The notes below the pieces were generated by a model. The model ran no database searches. It was not told the DNA's origin and saw only the letters and a program-made list of their open reading frames with translations. A DNA stretch of 64,000 nt from Patescibacteria group bacterium (GTDB lineage Bacteria; Patescibacteriota; Patescibacteriia; 2-02-FULL-49-11), in assembly GCA_041645165.1 (NCBI GenBank), contig JBAZQN010000005.1, forward strand, positions 19,832-83,831. Direction: 5' to 3'. This document shows positions 8,992-18,166 of this stretch, piece after piece (within the stretch, counting starts at the first letter, position 1; each line of letters begins with the position of its first letter). The position numbers and the translations under genes were made by a program.

Positions 8992-10104
8992 ATGGTGACC
9001 CGGAGAGAATTTCTAAGTGGATTATTCAGCCCGCATGGTGAAGAAGAGAAATCAGCTCCTTCATTTGAGAAACCTGTGGAACCAGAAATGGCGGAGCAAA
9101 GATTATTCGAGCGTGATACGTTTACCATCAATGATAAGAGAGTGGAATTTTACGGCATTGTGCATGATATTAAATTACCAGAAAGGTACTGGAAAGTTTT
9201 GGAGGACGCGATACAACGTGCATCTATAGTGGTACTAGAGTATGCGCCTCAAGCGTCAGGGTTATATGACCGTTCGTTCATAGCTAAACACAGAGAGTCT
9301 CTCAAGAAGTATTTTCCGGACTTCGCTGAGCTTGAGGATATAAGCGACCAGGAGATTTTTGAAGCCTTGATCCGAGAACCATCTCTTCACTTTTATCGTG
9401 AAATGGAAAATCTTGCCGCACGGCACAAGAAGCGCATCGTCACGATCGATCCGCACCTGTTAGCGCATGAGAAGATCCATGAACTGTATAAAACCGATCA
9501 GAAGGCGGATCTTATTAAGTCGCTTGGCATGGTTGGCGGTGCTACGGGAGTGCTTCTTTCCGCGATATTGCGAAAAAAATTGATAGGAGAGCACGTACGC
9601 GGCGAAAATGGTGAGAATAAAAAAGAAGAGGACTCCTCTTCAACTTACACACGGAGGCGCTTCCTTGACACCACGCTTAAGGCTGGTATTGGTATCTCTG
9701 CTACGGTAGGAGCATTGAGCACCCTTTCAAAAGGGGCGCAGATACTTGGCCATCCTGAGTACGGCAAGAAATTGGGATATGACGATCAGTTTGTCGGACG
9801 CGAGGAGAATCCATTGGGAGCTTTCTTGTATGATGAAGTTGATTTTAAAGATGTCATGATTGCGAAAGGGATGGATGAAGTGACTCAACATATGCACGCG
9901 GAAGACGAAGAGGCGGCCATGATTTATGGTTTCTTTCACAAAACTGGAATCGGCCATTATTTACGTTCGCCTCGCGAGCGAGCGGCACGAGAGCAGTTGT
10001 ACGCACCCTATAAGGGCGCCGTTGGGCCGCATAAATTGCGGATGTATGAATACGATGGTACAAAAGAGGAATGGAGGAAAATAGAAGAGAGGAATATCAC
10101 ATAA
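8992..10104 (+). CDS. Hypothetical membrane-associated protein with twin-arginine-like motifs
   Basis: 370-aa ORF; TRREFL at the N-terminus and TRRRFL internally next to hydrophobic segments. Confidence 0.6.
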   Translation: MVTRREFLSGLFSPHGEEEKSAPSFEKPVEPEMAEQRLFERDTFTINDKRVEFYGIVHDIKLPERYWKVLEDAIQRASIVVLEYAPQASGLYDRSFIAKHRESLKKYFPDFAELEDISDQEIFEALIREPSLHFYREMENLAARHKKRIVTIDPHLLAHEKIHELYKTDQKADLIKSLGMVGGATGVLLSAILRKKLIGEHVRGENGENKKEEDSSSTYTRRRFLDTTLKAGIGISATVGALSTLSKGAQILGHPEYGKKLGYDDQFVGREENPLGAFLYDEVDFKDVMIAKGMDEVTQHMHAEDEEAAMIYGFFHKTGIGHYLRSPRERAAREQLYAPYKGAVGPHKLRMYEYDGTKEEWRKIEERNIT

Positions 10105-10173
10105 ATGAAATGCCCCTCCGGGGGATACCCGAAGGGCGTGATTGAGGGAAGTATAGCATTGGGAGCTGAACGT

Positions 10174-10713
10174 ATGCAAAAACGACTGAACAACTACGCA
10201 TTCATCGACAGCCAGAATGTAAACCGTGCGGTAGAGGAGATGGGGTGGCAGCTTGACTTTAAGCGATTTCGTGTCTATCTGCGAGAGAAGTATGGCGTAA
10301 CACGAGCATACTTATTCTTGGGGTATCTTCCTCATCAAGAGAATATGTATCGTTCCTTGCAAGCATACGGTTATGTGTTAGTATTCAAGCCAGTACTCCC
10401 GCGCCGCGATGGAGATGTAAAGGGGAGCGTGGATGCGGAGCTCGTGCTCCAGGCGATGATTGACTATCAGGAATATGAACAAGCGGTGATCGCGACGAGC
10501 GACGGCGATTTCTATTGTCTCGTGAAATACCTCTATGAACGACACAAGCTCATGCGGCTCCTGGTACCCAATCGGTATAAGTATTCTGCGTTATTGCGGC
10601 GTGCGGCGCCCTCGGGGCACGCGATCGCCTTCATGAATGATCTGCGGCATCGCGTTGAATATACAAAACACCTCCGGCAATTACCGGAGGTGAGAATCGG
10701 GGGGTCTACATAA
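10174..10713 (+). CDS. NYN domain (PIN-like, LabA/DUF88) nuclease
   Basis: AFIDSQN, KGSVDAELV and TSDGDF acidic motifs. Start placed at MQKR. Confidence 0.9.
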   Translation: MQKRLNNYAFIDSQNVNRAVEEMGWQLDFKRFRVYLREKYGVTRAYLFLGYLPHQENMYRSLQAYGYVLVFKPVLPRRDGDVKGSVDAELVLQAMIDYQEYEQAVIATSDGDFYCLVKYLYERHKLMRLLVPNRYKYSALLRRAAPSGHAIAFMNDLRHRVEYTKHLRQLPEVRIGGST

Positions 10714-10750
10714 AGACGAAACTTCATGCGTGCCCTACCCGTGGTGATTC
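10699..10750 (-). ncRNA. Putative antisense small RNA downstream of NYN gene (copy 1)
   Basis: Minus strand reads ATCACCACG...CATGAAG-TTTCGT-CTTTATG hairpin. Same architecture as 32852-32908, downstream of a consensus-like promoter. Confidence 0.55.
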
Positions 10751-10758
10751 TCGCTATC

Positions 10759-10786
10759 AGTATATATTAACATTATCCTTTGTCAA
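10759..10786 (-). promoter_or_regulatory. Sigma70 promoter convergent on NYN gene
   Basis: Minus strand TTGACA-16 nt-TATACT. Confidence 0.65.
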
Positions 10787-10787
10787 G

Positions 10788-11558
10788 ATGTTAGGTATTC
10801 TTTCATCAGGTTTGGGAGGGTTGCTATTTGCCCGCGAGCTCGCACAGCATGCCGCGGATGCCGGCTTTCTCTATTGGGGCGATACGGCGCACGGGCCGTA
10901 TGGGTCGCGTTCGGTGGAGCAAGTAAGCATATGGGTGCGGGAGGGTTTAAAATTTTTGGAAAAAAAGGGAGCAGAGGTTATTGTGGTGGCTTCGGGAGAC
11001 GCATCAGTCGCGTCGCGATTTGCAGATCCGCGGAAATCAACGACGCAGATGTATCCGGAGGTGAATGTCCCTGTGATTGACTATTGGGATGCGCAAATCA
11101 AGGCGGCGCTTGCTGCCACAAAGAAAAAAAGAGTGGGGTTTTTCGGGTCGCGATTGGTGACGGAGCGCACAGGAATGTTGGGACTGGAACTGCAGGGAGT
11201 GGCGGTATTGAAAAAAGCAGTGGCGGCGCTCGCGCCTTTAATTCTTGAAGGCGAGGAAGCGCGCGGAGAAACGCGCCGTTTAGTGCGCGCGCATTTGCAG
11301 TGGTTCAAGACCCAGAATATTGATGTGCTGATTCTGGGGTCAATGCATTATGTCCGCGTGTTCGATGATATTCAGGCAAAGATGGGGAAGAGGGTTACGG
11401 TCATTAATCCGGTACGGGCGCTCCTCGATTTATTCGTCGCAATGGGGGTTTCTTCCAAGGGGGGAACGCGTCAATTTTTCCTTACTGATATCACGCCGCG
11501 GGACCTTGATATTGCCGGTGCGTGGTTTGGCAGAGGGGTGCACTGTGAGAAGGTATAA
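10788..11558 (+). CDS. murI: Glutamate racemase homolog lacking both catalytic cysteines
   Basis: SSGLGG and GDTAHGPYG match MurI. ACNT reads ASGD and GCTH reads GSMH. Confidence 0.75.
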   Translation: MLGILSSGLGGLLFARELAQHAADAGFLYWGDTAHGPYGSRSVEQVSIWVREGLKFLEKKGAEVIVVASGDASVASRFADPRKSTTQMYPEVNVPVIDYWDAQIKAALAATKKKRVGFFGSRLVTERTGMLGLELQGVAVLKKAVAALAPLILEGEEARGETRRLVRAHLQWFKTQNIDVLILGSMHYVRVFDDIQAKMGKRVTVINPVRALLDLFVAMGVSSKGGTRQFFLTDITPRDLDIAGAWFGRGVHCEKV

Positions 11559-11676
11559 GAACACTGTCATCATTTTTCTGCGTACGTCCCAGTCATTCGA
11601 CCACAGTTATGCAACGTGGCAGGCGGGGCAGGCAATATTTGATGACAGTTTGGATTAATATTATTATTGAGATGAT

Positions 11677-12480
11677 ATGAAAAAAAGAGATTGTAGTATC
11701 GGTTTTATCGGTTTCGGGAGGATGGGGTCGATTTTGGGCAGCGCGTTGGTGGAAAGCGGCTGCGCGCGTCCGGGGGAGATCGTGGTATTTGAAAAAGACC
11801 GGAGAAAGAGGCGGATATTGAAGCAGTTTGCGTTGGCGGATTCTGCGCAAGAGGTAGTGGATCGCGCGAAGGTGATATTCGTGTGCGTGCGGCCTTTGGA
11901 GGTGCGAGAGGTGGCGAAGAGCATTGTGATAAAGAAAAACACAATTATTATTTCGATCGCGGCGGGCGTCAATCTTGCGATGCTGCAGCGGATGTTTGGC
12001 AGGTCTGTAATGAGGGTTATTCCCAGCTATACGCAGAAAGCACTATCTGGAGTATTGCTCTATTGCCATGCGAAAGGCTTGAGCCGGCAGAGTGTGGGGG
12101 AAATCCTGAAACTTTTAAAGTGCATTGGAGAACCGATTCAAGTGCCAGAAAAGCTGTTAGAGATAGCCACTGACCTTTCAAGCTGCAGCCCTGCATTCTG
12201 GGCTTTTATGGCAGACACGTTCGTGAGAGAAGCAACACGGCTGGGATTATCGAATGTGCTTGCCCAGCGCATAACCACTATGGCCATGCTTGGGACTTCA
12301 AAAATACTTGTGCAAGAATCACACTTGGAACGCGTTATTGACCATGTTGCCACGCCCGGCGGCATCACGCGGGAGGGCATCGAGGCGCTCGAGAAAGAGT
12401 TTCCGCATACGGTGAAGGAGATTTTTCGTGTTACGGGGAAGAAGTATGCGTTATTGCGGAAGAGGATTGAACGTCTGTAG
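11677..12480 (+). CDS. proC: Pyrroline-5-carboxylate reductase family
   Basis: IGFIGFGRMG Rossmann motif, ISIAAGV, SSCSPAF and VATPGGIT. Confidence 0.85.
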   Translation: MKKRDCSIGFIGFGRMGSILGSALVESGCARPGEIVVFEKDRRKRRILKQFALADSAQEVVDRAKVIFVCVRPLEVREVAKSIVIKKNTIIISIAAGVNLAMLQRMFGRSVMRVIPSYTQKALSGVLLYCHAKGLSRQSVGEILKLLKCIGEPIQVPEKLLEIATDLSSCSPAFWAFMADTFVREATRLGLSNVLAQRITTMAMLGTSKILVQESHLERVIDHVATPGGITREGIEALEKEFPHTVKEIFRVTGKKYALLRKRIERL

Positions 12481-12531
12481 CGTCGGAGCTCGTCTCCGAC
12501 CTCATGGGTGGCAGACAAGCTGCCACGCTAC
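12477..12531. repeat. GTAG-type REP doublet (REPIN-like)
   Basis: gtagcgtcggagctcgtctccgac...ggtggcagacaagctgccacgctac; supplies the proC TAG stop. Confidence 0.8.
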
Positions 12532-12556
12532 AATTATTGTCTTAATTTAGGCGGGT

Positions 12557-13390
12557 ATGAAAATTTCCGTGAACGGAAACATAGTCCTCCAAAAAGACGC
12601 GTTCATCACCATCGCCGATAAGGCAGTGTGGTACGATTTCGGCGTGTATGAAAATATCAAGGTGCTGCAAGGGACGCTCATGTGGCCGGAAATGCACATG
12701 AAACGGCTGTTCACCTCGGCAGAGGTAATAGGGCTTGAGCTTGGCGAGACGGAAGAGACGCTTCTGCGGTGGGTGTGTGAGTATGCGGAGGCATTGAAGC
12801 TGAAAGACCATATAATTAAAGTGTGCGCCTACGGCGATGCCGACAAAAATACCCGCGCGACCGTGTATCTGTTTGCCATAGGATTAACATTTTATCCCGA
12901 CCAGTTCTATGCCAAGGGCGTTGCGGCCATTACATTTGCAGGGGAGCGCAATTTGCCGAATGCTAAGTCAATGGATACGCTATTGAATTTTCTTGCATTC
13001 AGGGAGGCGAAAGCAAGGGAAGCGTTTGAAGCGCTTCTGGTAGACCATGAAGGCGACATACGCGAAGGATCGCGGTCAAACCTCTATATCGTTGAAAAAG
13101 GAATAGTCATTACGCCGCCGTTATCAGACGTTTTGGAAGGTGTCACGAGGATTTTGGTACTTAAATTGCTTAAAGAGAATGACATTGCCCTTAAGGAAGA
13201 ACGAATATCAAAAAGCCGCCTGATGGCGGCAGATGAAGTGTTTGTGACGGCAACAAGCTCCAACGTGATGTCGGTGGTGGAAATTGACGGTAAAAAAATC
13301 GGTGCGGGGACGCCGGGAGAAGTCACGAAAAGAATAATAAAGCTCTATCGCGAGATGCAGAAAGAATATCTTAGGAGTAAGAGTTCCTAA
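12557..13390 (+). CDS. Class IV PLP aminotransferase (D-amino acid AT / BCAT / ADC lyase family)
   Basis: FGVYE, HMKRL, AKS (PLP lysine), EGSRSN, LEGVTR and ADEVFVT. Confidence 0.9.
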   Translation: MKISVNGNIVLQKDAFITIADKAVWYDFGVYENIKVLQGTLMWPEMHMKRLFTSAEVIGLELGETEETLLRWVCEYAEALKLKDHIIKVCAYGDADKNTRATVYLFAIGLTFYPDQFYAKGVAAITFAGERNLPNAKSMDTLLNFLAFREAKAREAFEALLVDHEGDIREGSRSNLYIVEKGIVITPPLSDVLEGVTRILVLKLLKENDIALKEERISKSRLMAADEVFVTATSSNVMSVVEIDGKKIGAGTPGEVTKRIIKLYREMQKEYLRSKSS

Positions 13391-13422
13391 ACATCCGTGC
13401 CATACTTTCATACGTAACGATC

Positions 13423-13818
13423 TCAATCAATGAGATTTTTTTGTTTTAGGTCATCAAAGAGGAGAAGGCTCGCGGGGGTCGTTTTTGATTTTTGGGCGTA
13501 GTTGAAGTAGTCACATTGAGCAACTTCATTACTTGGGGTGGGGATGCCATTAAAGTCCGCAGTATAGCAGGTGAGGCGAACAAAGGTGTCGATAGGTTTG
13601 CCGTACGCTTGCGCCTGAAAGGTGCCATAGTAACGGATACTTGAAGGAACGAGGTCGAGATTCAACTCTTCTCTCACCTCACGTATAAGCGTTTGTTCAT
13701 CTGATTCTCCCGCAAAGCGTTTACCTCCCGGCATGAACCATGCGTCCTTACCTTTACTCAAGGTGACAAGGATTTTTTTGTCCTTGAGATGAATCCAAGC
13801 GAGTTTGTCTATTATCAT
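13423..13818 (-). CDS. NUDIX hydrolase
   Basis: Nudix box GGKRFAGESDEQTLIREVREEL. Confidence 0.9.
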   Translation of the reverse strand: MIIDKLAWIHLKDKKILVTLSKGKDAWFMPGGKRFAGESDEQTLIREVREELNLDLVPSSIRYYGTFQAQAYGKPIDTFVRLTCYTADFNGIPTPSNEVAQCDYFNYAQKSKTTPASLLLFDDLKQKNLID

Positions 13819-13857
13819 ACAATAGGTTTTAAACCCTTCTTTATTTCCATGATTGGT

Positions 13858-14757
13858 TTACTGTCCGCCGAGGATGAGGGGAAGGCCTTCGTTGCCTGCG
13901 CCGATGACGATTACTTTTGCATTCGGCGAGCTGGCGAGTTTTTCCGTCGCCTCAATGCCTTTCCATTTCAAGAGCTCGGCGCTTATTCCTTTCGCCACGA
14001 TGTTCTGGAAATCAGAAATGCCTTGCGCTTCGATGCGTTTGCGCTCAGCTTCCTGCTTTTCTTTTGTCAACACAAATTCCATCCGCTGACTGTCCTGCTC
14101 GGCGCGGAGCTTTTCCTCGATTGATTCAGTAAGGCGGGCGGGTAAGCCCACGCGCCGGAGCGGCGTGGATTCGACGGTGATACCGCGCGGCGCGACAATA
14201 TCCTGAAGTTGTTGGGTGATATGCACCGCGAGCTCTTCCCGCACAGAGGTGTAGAGCGCTTTAGCATCATACGCGGCGGTCACCCCGCGGCTTACGGAAC
14301 GGAATTGCGGTTCAAGGATAATGGCAGCATAGTTCGACCCAACGCTTTTATACACTTCCGTCGCTTTCTCGGGATTAAGGTGGTACAAGGCGCTGATCTC
14401 CAATTGGACCGTGAGGCCTTCTTTTGACGGTACGTCCAGCAACTCTTTGATTTCTTGGGTCTTTACGGACATTTTTATTATTTTCGCCATGGGATTTACG
14501 GGGAAATTAATTCCCGCCTGCAGGATGCGTCCTGATACATTTCCGAAAAAATCAATAACTCCCACGTTTCCCGCAGGGATAAGGGCAAAGCACGACAATA
14601 CGAGCAAGAGGCCGCCTACTACGAACGCGTTAATCTTCAGCGCGTTGGTAAATTTTATCACAGGAAGAGGATAAGGGGACACCGTGCCTTTTGGCATTTT
14701 ATTAAGAAATGTAACGAGTATTCCTGCGCCGAGTAATATAAGTGCGATCCAAAACAT
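13858..14757 (-). CDS. Prohibitin/SPFH (band 7) family protein
   Basis: Two TM helices, SKEGL, EEKLRAEQ...EAERKRIEAQG and a GLPLI C-terminus. Confidence 0.9.
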   Translation of the reverse strand: MFWIALILLGAGILVTFLNKMPKGTVSPYPLPVIKFTNALKINAFVVGGLLLVLSCFALIPAGNVGVIDFFGNVSGRILQAGINFPVNPMAKIIKMSVKTQEIKELLDVPSKEGLTVQLEISALYHLNPEKATEVYKSVGSNYAAIILEPQFRSVSRGVTAAYDAKALYTSVREELAVHITQQLQDIVAPRGITVESTPLRRVGLPARLTESIEEKLRAEQDSQRMEFVLTKEKQEAERKRIEAQGISDFQNIVAKGISAELLKWKGIEATEKLASSPNAKVIVIGAGNEGLPLILGGQ

Positions 14758-14800
14758 ATATGGTAAGTTAGTAATGAATAAATAAATTCGACGTTAGAAA

Positions 14801-15808
14801 TTATCCGAAATAATCTATTTTCATTTTTTCACGGACAAGCGCCATTGTCATTTTTGCCTCTTGCAGGGCGCGCGCGGTTCCTGTGCGAAGAATATCATCG
14901 ACAAGCGCGGGATCCTTTTCATACTTCGCGCGCCTTTCTTGGATGGGCGAGAGGAACGCGCTGATCTCCTTAGCCAGTTGTTCCTTGAAGGCGGCGTAGC
15001 TCTGAAGGTGCGCGAATTCCTGTTCAATGGTTTTTATGTCCTTGCCCGTGACGAGCTTATAATACGTCATAAGGTTTGCTATTTCCGGTTTTTTCTCGGG
15101 GTCATATTTGATTTCCGAACCGCTGTCGGTCTTCGCGGTTTTTATTTTATCTTTCACGATTGTGGCGTCGTCAGAGAGGTATATCGCGTTATTCAGTGAT
15201 TTGCTCATTTTCCTGCCGTCGAGCCCTGCGAGCCGCCCGAGCAAGGAAATTTTTGCTTCCGGGAGGGGGAAGACATCGCCGTAGATGGCATTGAATTTTT
15301 CTGCAATTTCCCGTGTCTGTTCAATCATGGGCAGCTGGTCTTCGCCTACGGGTACGAGATGGGCGCGGCAGAAGAGAATGTCGGCTGCCTGGCTGATGGG
15401 GTAGCCCAAAAATCCATAGGTTACCTTGCCTCCCTTGAAGAGGTGCCCTTTCTCTTGGATTTCCGTTTTCACTGTAGGGTTTCTCTGGAGCCTCTGCAGC
15501 GTGACAAGATTGGAAAAGAAAACGGTGAGCTCGGCGATTTCCGGTATGAGCGACTGGATGAAGAGCGTCGCGCGCGAGGGATCTATGCCCACGGCAAGAT
15601 TGTCCATTACCACTTCCCGGACATGCTGGCGCACGTATTCAGGATGGTTGAAGTTGTCGGTGAGGGCCTGCACGTCCGCGACCATGATAAACGTGTCGTA
15701 AGCATCCTGGAGACTGACGCGATTGGCAAGCGATCCGGCATAATGTCCAAGATGCAGTTTGCCGGTCGGCCGGTCGCCGGTGAGGATCCTCTTCTTAGGA
15801 GTAGGCAT
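14801..15808 (-). CDS. trpS: Tryptophan--tRNA ligase
   Basis: TGDRPTGKLHLGH, GYPISQAADIL, VPVGEDQ and KMSKS. Confidence 0.97.
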   Translation of the reverse strand: MPTPKKRILTGDRPTGKLHLGHYAGSLANRVSLQDAYDTFIMVADVQALTDNFNHPEYVRQHVREVVMDNLAVGIDPSRATLFIQSLIPEIAELTVFFSNLVTLQRLQRNPTVKTEIQEKGHLFKGGKVTYGFLGYPISQAADILFCRAHLVPVGEDQLPMIEQTREIAEKFNAIYGDVFPLPEAKISLLGRLAGLDGRKMSKSLNNAIYLSDDATIVKDKIKTAKTDSGSEIKYDPEKKPEIANLMTYYKLVTGKDIKTIEQEFAHLQSYAAFKEQLAKEISAFLSPIQERRAKYEKDPALVDDILRTGTARALQEAKMTMALVREKMKIDYFG

Positions 15809-15914
15809 AGGTCAATTAAGACGGATAAGTCTGATAGGTCCGATAAGACGGATAAGTTGAATAGGGCGGATAAGTATGATGAGCCTGATAAGTCGGATAG
15901 GTCTGATAGGACTT
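15807..15914. repeat. Degenerate 9-mer tandem array (ATARGNCNG, about 12 units)
   Basis: ataggtcaa ttaagacgg ataagtctg ataggtccg ataagacgg ... ataggactt; fills the rnj-trpS gap. Confidence 0.9.
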
Positions 15915-17844
15915 ATACTTCGATGATCACGGGGAGGATCATCGGCCGGCGCTCGGTGCGCTGGAAGAGGAACTGTCCGATTTCATTCCGCACCTTGTCT
16001 TTCAGGTAGACTTCGTTGGCCGGCTGACGGGGATCGCGGTCTTTGAGGATTTGTTTCACCTTCATCCTCACGTCTTCGATCAGCGCTTTTGATTCTTTTA
16101 GGTAGACAAATCCGCGGGAAATAATGTCAGGATTATGGACCAAGTTTCCGGTGCGCGAATCAATGGTCGCGATGAGCACCAGCATGCCGTCCTCCGACAT
16201 GATTTGCCGGTCTCTAAGCACCACTTCCGACACGTCGCCCACCCCCAAGCCGTCCACAAACACGTAATCAGTAACGACTTTTTCGTTGAGGATGCGTCCG
16301 CCGCGCGCGGTGAATTCTACGACGGAGCCGTTATCAGGTATGAAAATGTGGTCTGCGGGGATCCCCACTTGCTGCGCGAGCTTTGCATTCATTTTTAGGA
16401 ATGAATGGTTTCCGTAAATGGGGATGAAGTTCCGCGGTTTCACCATGGTATAGAATGCTTTCAGGTCTTCCTGCCGGGCGTGCCCTCCCGCATGGATATC
16501 CATCATTTGGTAATGGATGACTTCGGCGCCTTCGCGGTAGAGGCCGTCAATCAGGCGTTGTACCGAGCGTTCGTTTCCCGGAATGACCGAGGAAGAGAAC
16601 ACGACGGTATCTCCGGGTTCGATGTGCAGATAGCGGTGTTCGCGGTTTGCGATGCGCATGAGCACGGCGTTATCCTCGCCCTGTGCGCCGGTGCAGAGGA
16701 TGACGATCTTGTTTGGGGCGTAATTTTTCATCTCTTTGGGAGTGATGAGCGTGCCCCGTTTTATCTTCATATAGCCGAGCTCTTTCGCAATCTCAAGGTT
16801 GCTCTTCATGCTGAAGCCTTCCACGATGATATGCTTGCCCGATTTCTCCGCCGCAAAAATGATTTGCTGGATGCGGGAAAGGAGCGAGGCAAAGGTGCCC
16901 ACGATCATTCTGCCCGGGGCTTTCGCCACGATGTCTTCGATGTTGGATTGGATCTCTCCCTCGGTGAGCTGTTTGCCGGGCTGGGAGGCGTTGGTAGAAT
17001 CGGCGAGCACGCAGAGGACATTTCTGTGCCCGAGCGCCATAATTTTATCCATATCCGTAGGGGTGAGGCTGTTGGGATCCGGATCAATTTTGAAATCGCC
17101 AGTGTGTACGACTGGCCCTAGGCCCATGTCGAGCACCACGCCCAAAGATCCCGGCACATTGTGGGATACCGCGAAGAAGTCTATGTGGAACGCGCCAAGT
17201 GTTAAGCGGCTGTCGTGCGTGATCGTTTGCAGCCTTAAAGGGGCGGTATGGAAGTCATCCTGGCGTTTGCGGATTATGCCGAGCGTCAGGTCTGAGCCGA
17301 AAATGACAGGGTTGCCCAGCTTATGGATAAGGTGAGGGATGGCGCCGATATGGTCATAGTGGCCGTGGGTGATGATCACGCCGCGTATTTTCTTTTCTTT
17401 TCCCTTGAAATAGGAAATGTTGGGGATGATGTAATCAATGCCCGGCATGTCTTCTTCGGGGAATTGGAGGCCCATGTCGACGATGACAATATCGTTTTTC
17501 GTTTCAAAAGCGACCATGTTGCGGCCTACTTCTTCGCAGCCCCCTATGGGGATAATGCGCAGGCTTTCAGGGCCTGCGCGGCGTGCAGCGCCCATGGTCA
17601 TGGGGCGAAGCGGCGCAAGTGCAGGACGCCGCAATGGTTCTCTCACGGGAGCGGTCGGTGGCGGAAGTGCGGTTCTGCGCGCGTTGGCAAAAGCGAGCCT
17701 GGGAACAGGACGCCGGCCGCGCACGAAACGCCGCCTTGCGGGAGACGCACTTTTTGATGGCGCATGTGCGGGCGTTCCCCGGCGTGAGCCAAGGGGAGCG
17801 CGTGCATCTGATGCAATGCGCGATTGGTTTGTTGTTGGTTGCAT
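15913..17844 (-). CDS. rnj: Ribonuclease J with Arg/Pro-rich N-terminal extension
   Basis: GGCEEVGRNM, THGHYDHIG, HTGDFK, IHAGGHA and RRPMILP. Confidence 0.95.
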   Translation of the reverse strand: MQPTTNQSRIASDARAPLGSRRGTPAHAPSKSASPARRRFVRGRRPVPRLAFANARRTALPPPTAPVREPLRRPALAPLRPMTMGAARRAGPESLRIIPIGGCEEVGRNMVAFETKNDIVIVDMGLQFPEEDMPGIDYIIPNISYFKGKEKKIRGVIITHGHYDHIGAIPHLIHKLGNPVIFGSDLTLGIIRKRQDDFHTAPLRLQTITHDSRLTLGAFHIDFFAVSHNVPGSLGVVLDMGLGPVVHTGDFKIDPDPNSLTPTDMDKIMALGHRNVLCVLADSTNASQPGKQLTEGEIQSNIEDIVAKAPGRMIVGTFASLLSRIQQIIFAAEKSGKHIIVEGFSMKSNLEIAKELGYMKIKRGTLITPKEMKNYAPNKIVILCTGAQGEDNAVLMRIANREHRYLHIEPGDTVVFSSSVIPGNERSVQRLIDGLYREGAEVIHYQMMDIHAGGHARQEDLKAFYTMVKPRNFIPIYGNHSFLKMNAKLAQQVGIPADHIFIPDNGSVVEFTARGGRILNEKVVTDYVFVDGLGVGDVSEVVLRDRQIMSEDGMLVLIATIDSRTGNLVHNPDIISRGFVYLKESKALIEDVRMKVKQILKDRDPRQPANEVYLKDKVRNEIGQFLFQRTERRPMILPVIIEV

Positions 17845-17930
17845 GGATTCGTTGGTTATAAGTAAATAAGAAAGATGATTAAATGGATTAAGGTTATAGA
17901 AATGAACCATTAGTAATATGGTATTGCTTC

Positions 17931-18018
17931 GCCGCGGTTGCCGCCTTTCTTGCTGCGGAACTCGTCCCGCTTCGCGGGACTCAAACAGTCCTCACGGCGA
18001 AATGCGGCAACCCGCGGC
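17931..18018. repeat. ~90-bp palindromic element (copy 1)
   Basis: TIR gccgcggttgccgc/gcggcaacccgcggc; about 49-bp core nearly identical to 50221-50269. Confidence 0.8.
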
Positions 18019-18082
18019 TGGTCTATATTTAAAAGGGTTTATCCCCCTGGCATCCCGGGGTGAACCCAAGATTATTAATTCA

Positions 18083-18166
18083 TGCCCAGAGGGAGAGTCG
18101 AACTCCCATGACCTTGCGGTCACATGGCCCTGAACCATGCGTGTCTGCCAGTTTCACCATCTGGGC
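18083..18166 (-). tRNA. tRNA-Leu (anticodon CAG)
   Basis: Acceptor GCCCAGA/TCTGGGC-A, anticodon arm CATGG-TTCAGGG-CCATG, long variable arm, GTTCGACT T-loop; CCA not encoded. Confidence 0.95.

Noticed and set aside
8992-10104. Tat-exported enzyme
   Set aside because: The N-terminal RR motif lacks a following hydrophobic helix and the second RR motif is internal.
15807-15914. CRISPR array, or a real DKSD-repeat protein (ORF 15359-16009)
   Set aside because: The units are contiguous 9-mers without spacers and no cas genes are present. The ORF is antisense to trpS and rnj.
18083-18166. Prophage or island integration at tRNA-Leu
   Set aside because: No integrase and no duplicated tRNA 3' end seen in the window.
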